NCBI GenBank assembly: GCA_040954595.2
Contig: CM082579.2
Location: forward strand, 12,897,834-12,961,833
DNA: 64,000 nucleotides
DNA from: Balanoglossus misakiensis
Taxonomy: Eukaryota; Animalia; Hemichordata
Reading direction: 5' to 3'
A program made the position numbers and the translations under genes. The notes below the pieces were generated by a model. The model was not told the origin of the DNA. It did no database searches and was given only the letters and a program-made list of their open reading frames with translations. Positions 41,033 through 54,425 of this stretch are shown in pieces; the stretch's first letter is position 1; every line of letters starts with the position of its first letter.

Positions 41033-42639
41033 CATTTATGGCGGTTGAGCAACTTTTGATTTGCTAAAAGAGGGTAGTTGGAGTCAAATATCGATCAAAT
41101 AATAGGGCGGGATGGTGCCCGACGTTCTGATCCAAGCCCCACTCAAACTTGGAAAGAATTAGAAAATATTATCGAATTTATCCTTTAAAATTTGCTAGTC
41201 TGTCTCATGGTCCGCCAACCTTCCCACTCTGATATAGAAGTTAAAATCGGATAATGCCTATGCAAATGTCGCGATATACTTCGTTTACACAAAAAGTGCA
41301 TATCCTTTTATTTCCTTCCGATCAAGACTTGTCCCCGGTCCATTCGCTTACAAGTATTATGTCATCACGAAACAAATGTCTCGCAACGAAAGTCCCACGA
41401 GATCGCGTAGTCCCAGACATAAACGCAAATACCCACCATGACATGGAAACATTTTTCAAGCAATTGGGTAAAAGTAAGAGAAAAAGGGTTTGACTTTACT
41501 TTAAAATCTATAATGGGACAGCGACTAATGGGCTCGTACCCTGTAAAAAATTCAATAGGCATTATCAACACGGACCAGTGATTAGCAGACGTCACGTGAC
41601 TTCAGAATAGGTGGTCGTTTGTACAAGTGGCATGCCAATACGCGTGGTTTTTACGCAATAAGGGACAATGATCGTCTTCCGGTAACCACTTAATGAAAGA
41701 GTAAATTTTGAACTTCCACGATAGCACTTTAGTCCTCTTCCCCTGGAAGCGTGTAGATTTCATGCAATTTCCTCTGTGGTAACTTCTAACTTTCGAAACA
41801 ATGTTTTAAAATTTGTCTTAGCCTGGCTAATTTTAAACCAAAATTAACATACCCGGGAAAGACTGATTTGGTCTTTCGGGCTGTTTGATTCAACATCCTG
41901 CCGACTGTGGGAATTCAAAGCCACCATTCAAATTGGACATGTGGGCGACATCGATTCTGACACCTTTCGTAGGTGTGACTCTTATCCATTAACAATTGCT
42001 TATCTATAAGGCATTAGACATTCCTAACATTCCACGTAAACTTTGACAACAGGTTTTATTAAATGCTAGAGACTGACTATTCATTTTGGCGAGTTTTTCT
42101 CTCTAGTGTCTACAAGTAGGATATAAAGTGTGTATCACTATATATCCACATGTAGAATTATATAAACGGTGTCTTGTATCAAACATAATTAATAGTAAAA
42201 GGGCAGTGAGAGAGAGAGAGACTTTGTCCCTTTCAGTGGCCGATCACAATATGGCCATTCACGAGGCCGCATTTACGTAGAAAGCAATGTCTTGGCCTTA
42301 CGTGTGCAGCATTTTGTTGAAACTGTCATTTTGACAATGTGTTGAATACGAATACGATGACGATAGCTTCATTGTTTCATGTACCGGTCCTTGCAATTAA
42401 GTAAAGTCCCAGCATTTCTAATGTTATAGACCACTTCCATTAAATAGTTGCATCCATACGGATTATGGAAAGAGAAACCCTTTTAAACATTTGATCAAGA
42501 TTTGGGGTAGATGTGTTGATTATCTTAATTTACACTTACAAGGGAGGACACCTGTATGCGCTGGGAAGGTAAACATAAAACTTTGGTGCGACTGTCCCAG
42601 GGTCTTAAAAACCGCCACGGGCAAGAGAACGTCACACCA

Positions 42640-43263
42640 GCGTACCGCGACGGAAAACACAATTTCGAGTTTGTTTCAAATAAAAAGTGGACCCATCTTC
42701 GCATATACATACAGGCTAAAATGCGAAACAACTTCCAAAGCACTAAAACTTTTGTCCAATGAATTCCACTGTTTTCAATTATTTTACCGCTTGCCTAAAA
42801 TTATTAAGTTCGTGAATCCCGCGAGAATTACTAAGCGGTCCAAGTCAGGTTCACGCTTCAAATGCAGGCACAGATCTGGAGACACACAATTCCCGTGGCG
42901 TCGACATCATTTTTAAATGCCAGAATTTCAGTTTTTGCCATAAGACGCAGTTTGATGTGTAGGTGAACTTGATCTAACGGGGAATCGTAGATTGTTAACG
43001 TGTTTGGGGAATCAATGAACTTTTAACTGTTCAGACAATAAAGTCATTCTACAAAGCTTGCGCATGCATGGATATACCACCGTAAGATCGCTGACGTACG
43101 GTACAACCAAAGCGTTTTTGATCAAACAGCCTAAATAGTATACCAGAATACGTAAACGTCTTACTCATTAACATTTTCCCGATCAACCACCCCACGTAAA
43201 GGAAACGATCTTGGGAATCCCGTAGGAGTCACTATCGCATCCGGGCTACTTGTCACTGAGTTC
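42640..43263. repeat. ~620-bp module, inverted copy of part of the 1.9-kb tandem unit
   Basis: Reverse complement of ~59737-60360, e.g. gcatccgggctacttgtcactgagttca / tgaactcagtgacaagtagcccggatgc. Confidence 0.92.
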
Positions 43264-43916
43264 ACTAATATGCATTATTTCTTACTTTTCGTAAACATTA
43301 ATATAGTTTTAAAAAGTGACACCTCTGTCAACGTTGCCAAAAAAAAACACAAAATCATCACATTCACAGGCAACTTTCTAGCAAGACGAAACAGCTTTGA
43401 AGGTACTGTCCGGATTAAAGGCAGTATTTGACAGTTGCAAACACCGAAACAGGCTTTAAAATGCTATTTCATTCACAAATGATCATGGCTGTTCTGTTGC
43501 GTTACAGAAATAGTCTACGGTTCGACACAATTTACCTGGGTATTGAACTTCATGATACTGCTCATTTCGTGGGAGCGTTTAAATAAAACAGATTGCGAAC
43601 AAAACTGCAATAGTTCAAGATATGTACAGATCAACTTAATCTGACAACGAACTCTGACTTTTAAAACTTACAAAAGGGATGTCAGACACAAACATGCCAT
43701 TGCGGCGACATGCGTCTCCTAACCTAATATGTTTGATTAGGATTTTAGCACCTTTCCGTCTTACACACCATTCAGAATGTTTATTCGTTGTTTAGATCCC
43801 ACGGGTCTTGGTGCCACGTCTCACCTTTGACATTAAAAACTATACATGCCAACATGTATTTAAAGCCACTGTTGGTTGCGACACGGAATCAAACCGTAGA
43901 AAGCATCGTAGCAATC

Positions 43917-46649
43917 ATGTCGACAGATAACACAAGTTGGTATACCACGGCGAGACACCGCACGAAACGTAAGTTTACACTACATTTACAATATAATTTG
44001 TCTTTTCTTGTGATAGGAAAAAAATCGCACTTAGAAGTACTATAGAACGAAGAAAGATAATCACAAACGTAATTCATTTGTATTTCAGAACCGAGTTTTG
44101 CTCTTGTCAAGTTTCTTAGCGATGAGACAGTGGCAGTCATGCCAAAGTCGAAGATTACCGCCGGATCTCTCCGGGTTGGTAACGAAGTGTCTGTTCGGTG
44201 GGACGACAAAAAAGAGTACAAGGCCGTCGTGTTGGTGACTGGAGGTAATGTACACTTTAATGTTGTTGAGTCAACTATAATTTTGGGCATAATGTATATA
44301 CATGTAGTAAAAGAAAGTAAGTTTGAAACGATATTTGCCACAAGTACCGCGAAACTGGTAAAATTCAATACACATGATTAACTATAAAGTGACCGTGCCT
44401 GTGCTAAGGGGTGAACTTTACATCTTGCAGCCCTGAAATAGATGAAAAACTGTCGGTCCGCATTTCAATTTGCTTCGGACTTTTGTCAAAAAATTTACTA
44501 GTTACTATTTTGTCAATCCTGTCTTGAAATGCCATAGAAAAGAAAAAGAACTTGCGGGAGAAAGGCTCGTGGCCATGGGCTACTCGTGCGACTTCATCGG
44601 TGAAAGTCGGAATGGCGACGATTATTTTTCTTTTTTTGGTTTTTAAGAGTTTTGTTGAGGTCGACGAACGAAGCTATTATTGGTTTACCATATTCCAGTT
44701 TTGATATATCTCCACAAAAAATTCATTTCAGTGCTTCCGGTCTCACGAAATTCCGAGAAGCGCAGTACATGAACACAAAATCAGAAAAAGATAGTTGGAA
44801 AAATGTCTGATAGGTCCAAACTACAGTAGCACATGTTCAGCTTCCGAGCCATTCCAAAATGCACAACAGCGACGAAGAAATCGCTCGGAGCAAATTTCTA
44901 CACTCCATTCCACAATTTCCTCGCCAAATCGGTTCCGGAACTTATTCCGCGTTTTCCTATCAAAGGATGTCGCTGTATTTGTCGATTTACTAGTATTCAA
45001 CCGCAATCAGTGAAAATTGGGGGCCGAAACGACCTGTTCCCCATCATGTTCTGTACAAGTGTGTTATGATGTAAAATCGTGCATGAAAAAGGGGCTATGT
45101 ATGTCATTAACACTAGGGGTCATTTGCCAGATACCCGATTTTGACACAAATTTTACGATAATCTTAAAATGTCCAGTACCCAACAAACGTACTTTGCGCT
45201 ATGCTGGCTCATGGAAAAAATGGATGACCACTGTGTACAATCTGGTATTTTTGTACAACGCGGTGACAAGTAAATTGTCCTTGTAAGGCAAACTTTAGAT
45301 ACTAGAACATAATTATCCGACAAAAGACACATTTATTGTGAATGGATGTTGTTATTGACTCATTTCAACTACAAGTAAACAAAATGTCCAAACATTTGAT
45401 AAGCGATGATAAACAAATCCACGTGGTATGCTTATTGGCAGGCGTAAACAGTCTCGCAAAGTCACATTGTGTTTAACGAGACTTCATGATGCCTTTCATA
45501 ATCACATCTCGCAAATCACGTGCAATTCGATACGTCATGACGGTACCTTTTAATTTAATTAATATAATCGTACATGAAGTAGCTCGTACAGCAATTATCA
45601 GTTACAATTAATAATCTTTCGGTAAATACTGACTCGTTCATGCTGTTGGGCTCATAGTGCTTGCACAAACGGAACACATATTTACAACTTTTGTTTCCCT
45701 GCTTATAGAAGAAAAGAAAAAGTTGGTTGACCACCAAGATCAATTGGAAAAAGAATATTTTGGGAAACAGCCATCAACAAGCCTGCTGCCATCACCAAGA
45801 AAGAAACAAGACACAAGGAAGAGATTGAAATTTCCTAAAGAAGCCCCCGTTAAGGTAATAAAGCTGATGTTTGTAGACACGTTGTTACGTGGGGTGTCTT
45901 TATTTGAAGGAAATTTGTCTTAACACAGCGCACAGGTCATTGGAAGTGTCGGGAAAGGATCTCGTATGGTTCAATTCATTCACTTTGTCATGCAAAGCGG
46001 ATTTCATTAAGTCTTATAAACGAATTGCGATTATGAGTGTATTAAATTTGTTCTTATTTATCAACAGAAACCAATAAACTTGATGGAGGGTAGTCCACCC
46101 TCGGATGTGGATCTGGAGTCTAGCCACCGGGCAACACCAGTGAGCCATGTGGGCAGCCCGGTGGTTTTAAATGTGCGGGGACAATGTTGCAGTAACAGGC
46201 GGCTGGAAGAAAAATTAGATAAGCTAATAAATTCTGTAGACAATATGTCCGCCATTTTAAGCAATTTTTTAGCAAGTGTGTCAGGCAACAGACAAATCAA
46301 CCCAACCTCGCCGACCTGCGTTGAGGTTGAGGAAAGCGTCGTTGACGATCAGGCAAATCATCAATATTTGCCTGATGAAGTCATTTTTGACGCTCACAAA
46401 AAATCAGGGGCTGATAGCAGGCGTTTTGCCACAAGGCTTAACAGACTCCTCTTCAAAGAAGAGGAGCGGAAAATAAGCAATGTCAGTGGGACTAGAGGGA
46501 AAGTCAAACTCGATGAAAGTAGGGTAGACTATATAAAACGACTGGTTTTTAAATTTTACCCGTGCGCGACATCTGACAAGATTAGCCAATGGGCACACTG
46601 CATCAGAGGCATTGATGAATCAAACAGGGCCCTGAACAGAAAAAAATAA
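43917..46649 (+). CDS. BEN-domain protein, 4 exons, ~311 aa
   Basis: Exons 43917-43968, 44089-44244, 45709-45854, 46068-46649 are GT-AG and in frame, totalling 936 nt. N-terminal beta-rich module (FALVKFLSDETVAVMP..VSVRW..YKAVV), short coiled coil, and C-terminal FATRLNRLLFKEEER..SNVSG..KLDESRVDYIK..W..CIRGIDESNR resembling BEN. Confidence 0.82.
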
Positions 46650-47104
46650 ATATAGTCTATCCTACTTTTTCGGGTTTTACTTTTCCTCGGTCTTACTGTT
46701 ATTACTTATTTTCACTCGTATATTGTTATGTCTTGTCCAGTAAGGCCCCACAAATAATTGTGTTTCTTTGATGCTTTTTTTCTTTATTTTCTTTTTTCGT
46801 TTTCTAAATTATGTATTGTATTAACACTTTTCAAGACATTTCCTTTTTAAAATTTTAATTAGTGATTAAATAAATTTTGTAAGTTCCACCAACACAGTTC
46901 TCCTGTTTGTGTGTAAATTGTATGTGACGAAAGCAAACAAGTAGACATGATTTAAAAAGATTATTATTTTATTATGAAAACAAAAGCCACACCATAGACA
47001 AAACCACATGGAAGTAAAAACTAACTCGGCAATTTACAAAAAAAAATTAAGCTTATAAGAACTGAAAACGAAAAATGTTGGTCAGGGGACATACGTCAGC
47101 TTCT

Positions 47105-48145
47105 CTATGAATTTGTGTTACGTCCAGCACATTCTATGACTTTACGCATGGTCGAGAAAATTTTATTTATACGTTTCCGACAAAATTCTGGTGTTACATG
47201 CAATTTCCAATAATCTTTAATTCCCTTGACTAGCTCATCCATTGTGTTTGGTTTAACTGTTTCTGCAATGTATTGCTTCAAGTAATGCCAAACATCTTCG
47301 ATTGGGTTAAGATCTGGGCTTTGTGGTGGAAATGGCATTACTTCAATATTGTTTGATTCAAAGAAGCTTTTGGTATATCTACTTGTGTGGGATGGTGCAG
47401 AATCTTGTTGAAACCTGTGTCCATTTGGGAAATACTTATTTAGGAAAGGTATTGCAGATTTCTGCAACAATTGGGCGTAAACGTGAGAATCTTCATTTTC
47501 TTTGAAGATTACTATTTTGGTTGCCCCTTTCTTTGAAATTCCCGCCCATACATTAATTTTGGGGACAAATTTGGCTTTCATTTTTTTCTTAACGGGCTCA
47601 TCAGCTTTCCGCCACGTAAATCTTGCATGTTTTTCCATTTGGATGCTCGATTCGTCTGTCCATACAACATTGTCAAATGTGTCATTTCTGTACAAAGCAT
47701 CAATGCACCATCGAACCCGTTTCTGTTGGTTTATTTGGCTTATCATTGCTCCGTACTTAGTTTTTCTTCTTATCCATCCCATGGACTGTCTAGCACGGGA
47801 TATTGTCCTTGTGTGGAGGTTTGTACCAAACTCTTTCCTTAGTAATGTTTGAAGTGCAGATGCTTTTAATTCGTCGTTTTCCCTCATCTTCCGGTCGACA
47901 AACGTGCGCATGTTTCCAGACATGACTGCTGGGCGTCCACTTCTTCTTTTGTCGGCAATCCTGTCCTCTTCAGTATAACGTTTTACAATGGCTCCAACGG
48001 TTTTTCTGTTGATTGCTATACCACTTTGATTCAAATGTCGTGTTATGTTCATTATTCCCTTGCCAGATTTCCACTTTCTGATAACTTTCACTCTGGTCGT
48101 CATAGTTGATCTCACCATGATGATAGGAATCTGAATTATATGCAA
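47105..48145 (-). CDS. IS630/Tc1/mariner DD34E transposase, intact
   Basis: 346-aa ORF with HTH region, RSGRP, WTDES, VWAGIS, FQQDSAPSH and SPDLNPIE. There are 34 residues between the second D and the E. Confidence 0.95.
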   Translation of the reverse strand: MHIIQIPIIMVRSTMTTRVKVIRKWKSGKGIMNITRHLNQSGIAINRKTVGAIVKRYTEEDRIADKRRSGRPAVMSGNMRTFVDRKMRENDELKASALQTLLRKEFGTNLHTRTISRARQSMGWIRRKTKYGAMISQINQQKRVRWCIDALYRNDTFDNVVWTDESSIQMEKHARFTWRKADEPVKKKMKAKFVPKINVWAGISKKGATKIVIFKENEDSHVYAQLLQKSAIPFLNKYFPNGHRFQQDSAPSHTSRYTKSFFESNNIEVMPFPPQSPDLNPIEDVWHYLKQYIAETVKPNTMDELVKGIKDYWKLHVTPEFCRKRINKIFSTMRKVIECAGRNTNS

Positions 48146-48568
48146 TTAAAAAACTGAATTATTTGAATTGAGAATATCAAAAATGGCGAATATTGAACTA
48201 CATGTGTACAATATGAACTATAATCATACAAAGTAACATGCCACGTCTGTACTTCCACTATTATTAGCATGGATATTCTGCAAGCGACACATGGGACATA
48301 GGGCTGCAGTGGAGATAGGAATTTGTAAGTTTTCGTTTTCAAAGCTTAATGTTTTAATGCAGAATGATTCCTTTTTAATTCATCAGAATTTACTCTGTGC
48401 GTAATACAGTTTAACCACTATCGGGTTGTATTCGAGTGATCCTGTGAAAACACCTAAAGGGTTATGAAAGCTCTGCTAATTTTCACATTTCTCAAATACC
48501 CATTAACAAATCCTGACCTGAATCTCGTTCATACGTGCTCGCATTGGTGAAATAGCGCAGCCAGACAA

Positions 48569-48609
48569 TTGGCGCGAAAAGGCTCATGGGAGCTTCTGAC
48601 GTGACGTCA
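48569..48609 (-). promoter_or_regulatory. Candidate transposase promoter with an E2F-like site and a CRE
   Basis: TTTTCGCGCCAA (minus strand, 48569-80) and TGACGTCA (48602-09), ~430-460 bp upstream of the transposase ORF. Motif match only. Confidence 0.35.
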
Positions 48610-48832
48610 TTAACGATAAATGGAAGCGCAATCCTCCAGCTTGTGCGGCTATTCAAATTATCGTCTACCGGTACTTAATTAAGATTTAAGAAAGCAACTA
48701 TTTTAGCAATAATCGTAATCAATGTTTGTGCGCCAACAAAATGGTTTATTGTTGTGCTGAAAGATGCTGAAAAAATTGAGTTTTCATCGCTTTCCACTTT
48801 CCTTTCCGAAGTTACATTTGTACCGGAGGCAG

Positions 48833-48902
48833 TAGCCCGGAGACGCGGGCGTTGATCTAGAATCTAGACCAAAGCCCGTGTAAAGCCCGCGTCTCCGGGC
48901 TA
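48833..48902. mobile_element. 70-bp MITE with TAG...CTA ends and perfect 9-bp TSD (AcademH-like)
   Basis: 18-bp TIR tagcccggagacgcgggc. TSD cggaggcag at 48824-32 and 48903-11. Confidence 0.88.
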
Positions 48903-50049
48903 CGGAGGCAGTGGCTGAGGAGAGAAACCTGCTTCAGGTGAAAAAAACGACAACATTTTGCTTCGACATACTGCTAGGTTTTAAACGTGAAATCGGAATG
49001 ATAACTATTCCATTTGCTGCCAAGAAAACTCCACCGTTGCCTTTGACGGTAGCAAAACAAGCGACGGTGCTTTTGATTAAACATACGGCGCTAATTTGCG
49101 CGTTTTCTTGGTAGCACTTCGAATAGCTACCGCGACACCGTTTTATCGCGTATTTTGACAACTTCCATGATTGGCACATTTTTTACATATAGCAACACGT
49201 TCACACCTTCATTGTCCTTGTGATGTGCCACAGTCGAGCGGCCGCGTGTAAAGAAATACATGTAAACAAAATACTGAAACATTTTGAGATGTGGCCGAGA
49301 AAGCAAAATGTTGGGGAAAATGATGGGAGCAATATTGCAACCTGCGACGTAGCCGAAACAGCGACTTATGAGGCGAGGGTCCAACGTCGATATTTGCTGC
49401 GACGGGACGTACAGTGTGAAAAAACAGTTGGGAAACTTGACATTAGCTGCCGTAGTTGTTCAAAGAGTCGAATTTAATCGAACTGTATTGTAAGCGGCCC
49501 TTTTCCCTATAGAAAGATATCCAAGATAGTCGAAAACTATTTACTTTTCGTAAACTGCCGATCTCCCTTATTCCCAGAACGGTAAATGTAATTTATAAAC
49601 GAGTGCGATAAAAAAATTATCCTATTTTGAAGAGATTAAAAAATCTGAGCGCAAAAACGGCTGGATCTGCGTGACGTTGCAGGGTCATAGTGTGTCTTAC
49701 AGCGCCCCAAGTGCCTGTGTTTTCGCTGATCAAGCGCTATCCATTCCCAACATCAACACGTTCATAGAATAGAAATTCATTTCGAATGGCATACTTACTG
49801 GTCAAAATCTTTGAGGCAACTGCGGACTGGAACTGTCTTGTACTGACGTTACGTAGAACTTGTGATGATGCTTGTTTTGCAGTCAGTGACGAATTCGTGG
49901 TATGGACGTACAGAAACAGGGCCTTGCTCTTTTATCACAATTTACACGTAAGCTTATAATCTGCTCCAATCGCATGCTTTCTACACCTTTCCCGGGTTAT
50001 TGAACTCTGTTGGTCAAAATTGGCTAATCTGGCCATTGACAGGCACAAC

Positions 50050-50888
50050 TTACCAGTATTGTTGTTGTTTGGGGGGTTTCCGGCTTGGGGGACCTGCTTT
50101 GTTTACTTTCCCAGGCACAACTTACGTTTGCGGCAAGGTACACATAAATTTATAATTCCAATGAGATGATACCAATGATTAAAAGTCTAATCCAGAGTAC
50201 AAGTGAAGGGTCTATATGATTTCATCTCTGAATCTTAAAAGCATTTTTTCACTGAAAAGTGGCTGAAAACGCACATTGATGATCTGTATATGTTGTCCTT
50301 GCTCTATATACATTGTAGTTGACAATTTTATTCATCCACAGCCGTTAATAACAATGTACATCGAAATTCGGTTTTACAAAGCTGGGATGCAGCAATTGTT
50401 CATTTGGTTACACTTATGGCGGCTGGCAACTTTGGATTCGCTAGAAAGAGAAAGCTTGAGTCACACGCGAACCGTTCAGAATATGCAACAGACTGGTGGA
50501 ATTCATTTTCAGTTCATCATATGAAACAAGCAGACTTTCATAATGTAACGCTTACTAAGACAAGTTAGATTGTTAATAAGTCGGCTTCGGCGAGCCTTGT
50601 GCAAAATACTACATTCAATTGTTCAGTCATTAGTCAAAGTTCGATCCTCCACCCATTTTGCTTAAATTGCTGCTACATGGCTGGCAAAGAAGGCTCAACA
50701 TTGTTGTGAGGGTAGGGGCGTGGCCGACATGCGTAACCAAACGGTGCAGTGTTCGTTCGTCTTCAGTCGTAGTTCTCTGAAAGCGTATACATTTCGGACA
50801 ATTTTCCTTATGGGTACATCTAACTTTCAACCTATTTTTATAATTGTTTTCTTCACTTTGCTGGTTTTAAACCAAAATGAGCACTCGT
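50050..50888. repeat. ~840-bp direct duplication, copy 1
   Basis: Nearly identical to 55483-56322 (offset 5433). A diverged copy lies at ~37690-37990, continuing at 41040. Confidence 0.95.
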
Positions 50889-51025
50889 CAGTGATTGCGC
50901 TAGACCTCAAAATCTTGTGAAAATCAGGGGTCCCTAAATTATTTTTGTGGGTCCCCATTTTTCCAATATATTATAACACATACGTACTCGCAAACACTTA
51001 CTAGGGAAGTCAACATCACAGTGTA

Positions 51026-51687
51026 CAGTGAAACCTGGCAAAACCGACCTCACCTCGGACCACACATTCTGGTCGTTTTACTCAGAGTGGGCGTGGCTCC
51101 CCCCCCCCATCATGAACCCTTTGACCCCGATCTCATACACACAGTGCACAGCAGACGCACGCACGATATACACGCTTGTACATTCGTATTTCATGTTTAT
51201 TTCAAATAAAAGGTAATTAAAAAACTTCTGTCCAGTGTAATTTCTGAAAATTGTTGAAAATAAAAAAAGTAAATTCAAGTTCGTTCGCGGGCTAAGTGGG
51301 TAAACAGGAAGACGTACACTGTATTGTTTACAAAAAGAGATTCACACCTCGCCACTGGGAAGGCTTATCAGTAAATTGCTAACGAAGTGTTGACAAACCG
51401 TTGCTTTGACTATTGTTCGGAAGACAGGAAAACCAAAATTAGCACATCGTTGCGGTAATTTTTGATCAAAGACATGATTTCAACCTTTACAAAAAGTGAT
51501 CGGTCGGTCTATTCAGGTTGAATTTGAGGGGTGGGACCGACCAACGCGGTCGGTGTTCGAAGTAGACAGTGGTCGGTATTCAGAGTGACTTTTACCATTG
51601 GCGTCAATGGGCAATTTGCGGGACTAAACAGATCGGTCGATTTTCACAGTCGGTTTACCCAGGGGTCGGTTTTGCCAGGTTTTACTG
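51026..51687. mobile_element. Tc1/mariner-pogo-type MITE with TA duplication
   Basis: ta|cagtgaaacctggcaaaaccgacc ... ggtcggttttgccaggttttactg|ta. Confidence 0.85.
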
Positions 51688-53442
51688 TACATGTATTTCC
51701 ACATTTATTTTCATTTTCTATGAAAGTTTCATTTTTATTACTAAGTAATTTCCTTCTAGCTTTCTGTTCATTGAAGTTTGACATAGCTTGAGAAAAATTT
51801 TGAGAGAAATATTGACAGCCACTGGGGAAGAAAGTTATCGTGGAGATTAACTTCTTAGCTGCAGGCTTAGCTGGTGTTGAACTATCGTGCTCACTTCGTT
51901 TCTGTGCACGGCCGCCATCTTTAGTCAATCTGCCGACCTTTCAACTGCACATCACAGTGTTCTGCCCACGGTGGTCGCCGCCGGTCGTCCGCGACCGGCA
52001 CTCTCAGGTCGCGACCAAAACAAAAAGATTTTCATAGCTAAACAAACTAATAGATCCGAGTGAAAGAGGGTTTCTGTTGGTTTATTCATACCAAAAAAGG
52101 CCGACGATTTTGTACGAACTTGTATTTTTGTACACAGTTATTTGTCAGTATTTGTCCTAACTTGCAAATTGCCTACGCAAGACAAACTTTAGATACATGA
52201 AAAGCACTCGAATGAATGTTGACCATTTAACTCTACTTACAGTGAACCTAGCTCAATAGAGTCTGTGCTTCGAGGGAAACAAATTGTTCATACTTTCGTA
52301 AACAAAGTTGCACGGGAAAGTTTGCGTGAAACTACAATAAACAATCCGAATTATCGCTGGTGATTTTATCATATTTTTATCACAGATTAGAGGGGATGCC
52401 AAGAGACACGACTTCAAAAGAAAGGCCGCAGTTGTTCGTCCCGTTCTCAAGGCTCAATGAATAAATCTGCTAAATTATGAGGCATTTTGACAGGAAACTG
52501 ACAGACACATTAATAATAGGCAAACCTCAAATTCTGTAACATTTCACAATTTACGATTCTCTTTAAAGTATGGATTCAAATGGCGTATATAAATGTATAA
52601 TAAACAATTGTGCAGTTTTGTTTCCGTGCTGTCAAATGTCGATGATTCTCGAGATTAAGAGTCACTGTTCTGCGAGATAAACAGAATTCTTGCCTTGTTC
52701 TCACTGTTTCTGTCACCGGCGCTATGCCAATGTTTTCTCTGTGCAAACACAGGGGGTTAGCCCAAAGAATCTATATGCGTCCACACACTACACTTTTGGC
52801 CACTGTTTTGAAATAAACACCGTCTAATGGCCATCTTTAGCATCACAGCATTTAACAAATTGAGGACATCGAGGACATTACAGCAACATGTTTTAGTTTC
52901 TATACCTGCATATGCGTTCTAGCGACTAAGTCGTCATCATGACCGTTTGATACTGTTTAGAAGTAAATGAATGTTAATCCATAAATGGAAAATGTCTCGG
53001 CTTTTCGGTGATCGAGAGAACCTTCTGTTAGTTGGTGGCAGACAGAAGTGTTGCAGACCTGGCAAACCGTGAATCGTTTGAAAACCACTCGCGTCCAGTG
53101 TGATTGACTTCACAATGGAAACTGACCAAAGACAATGGGCTATACCTCACTAAATATTTGCGTCGGAGCGCTGTCGCTGAACCATCCCTCATCGCCGTCA
53201 AACAAGCGAAAAGCGTTCTCACTTATTTTTTTCGTATCTAGGCCGGTGTAGCACCGGTAAAAACGTTACAGTAAGAACTATATCTCTCTATCAGGTAACC
53301 GTTTAACTGTTGCCGTAAAGATGTCGTAGTTTGCGATTGAAAGGCTACAATGGAACCACACGGTAACTCCCACAAATTATAGCACGTACTACACACTTAC
53401 ACACGAAGTCAGAAATAGAGACGGAAACATTCGCTTCTATTT

Positions 53443-53661
53443 AAATTACTAAATTTAATTCTACAATTTACTTTAAAAAATGAATACAATAAAAAATATC
53501 AAAAAAATTACTAAATTTAATTCTACAATCTACTTAAAAAATGAATACAATAAAAAATATCAAAAAAATTACTAAATTTAATTCTACAATCTACTTAAAA
53601 ATGAATACAATAAAAAATATCAAAAAAATTACTAAATTTAATTCTACAATCTACTTAAAAA
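53443..53661. repeat. AT-rich ~60-bp tandem repeat (~3.6 copies)
   Basis: aaattactaaatttaattctacaat recurs four times. Confidence 0.92.
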
Positions 53662-53959
53662 TTGAAAACAATAACAATTATCAAAAAACAACAACAAAAT
53701 GGGCGGCTTCTCTTCTATCTCTGTGAAGAAACATAAATACATATATATATATTATGATTGTTGAGAAAGTACACCATACATACATACATAAAAAATTTAA
53801 GTTAACTAATTATGTACCGGTCTGGTACGGTGATCTGTTATTGCAAAATTTCAATTCATTTACTCTTTAATTAAAAAGCCTACTGGGGATGTTAATGAAA
53901 AAAATAGCCATTTTTATTTGATGGGTGTAAGTTTCCTTTCATAAATAATTGAAATTTTA

Positions 53960-54425
53960 CCTCAACTCCGGCGCTTATCAGCCACTCTTCATCTTCATAT
54001 ATTCACCTTCTTCTGTTTAGTTCTGTGTGGATTGAATAAAAAAAGTAAGTTCATTAACATTGCTGTGTCATACATGCGAAATAAAGATGCATCGGAAATG
54101 CCACCATTCGTATCTTTGATTTCATTACCTGACACTAACAAGAAATGGATTGGGATTGCGCCAATTCCTTTTCTGTGGTGTGATCGAATTAGCTGTTGTT
54201 TTTATCTCTAAATAAACGGACTTTGTTAACCAGTAAAATGATGAATGAGATGTAGGCCTACATACCAGGTAAGCTCACGGCTATATCAACACTGTGACAT
54301 ATTTCATTTGTCACAGTCAGTACCAGTTCTGTTTGGGGTTTTATCGTGACTCCTTTTATCCTTGCAGCAACGGCAATTGCCAAGGCTGCACCTTCACTAC
54401 GGTCTTCCAGTAGACCAAAAGTTAT
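53960..54425 (-). other. Possible exons of an unidentified, probably decayed cargo gene
   Basis: AG/GT-bounded open exon 54425-54279 (ITFGLLEDRSEGAALAIAVAARIKGVTIKPQTELVLTVTNEICHSVDIA), plus two further exon-like blocks. Confidence 0.3.
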
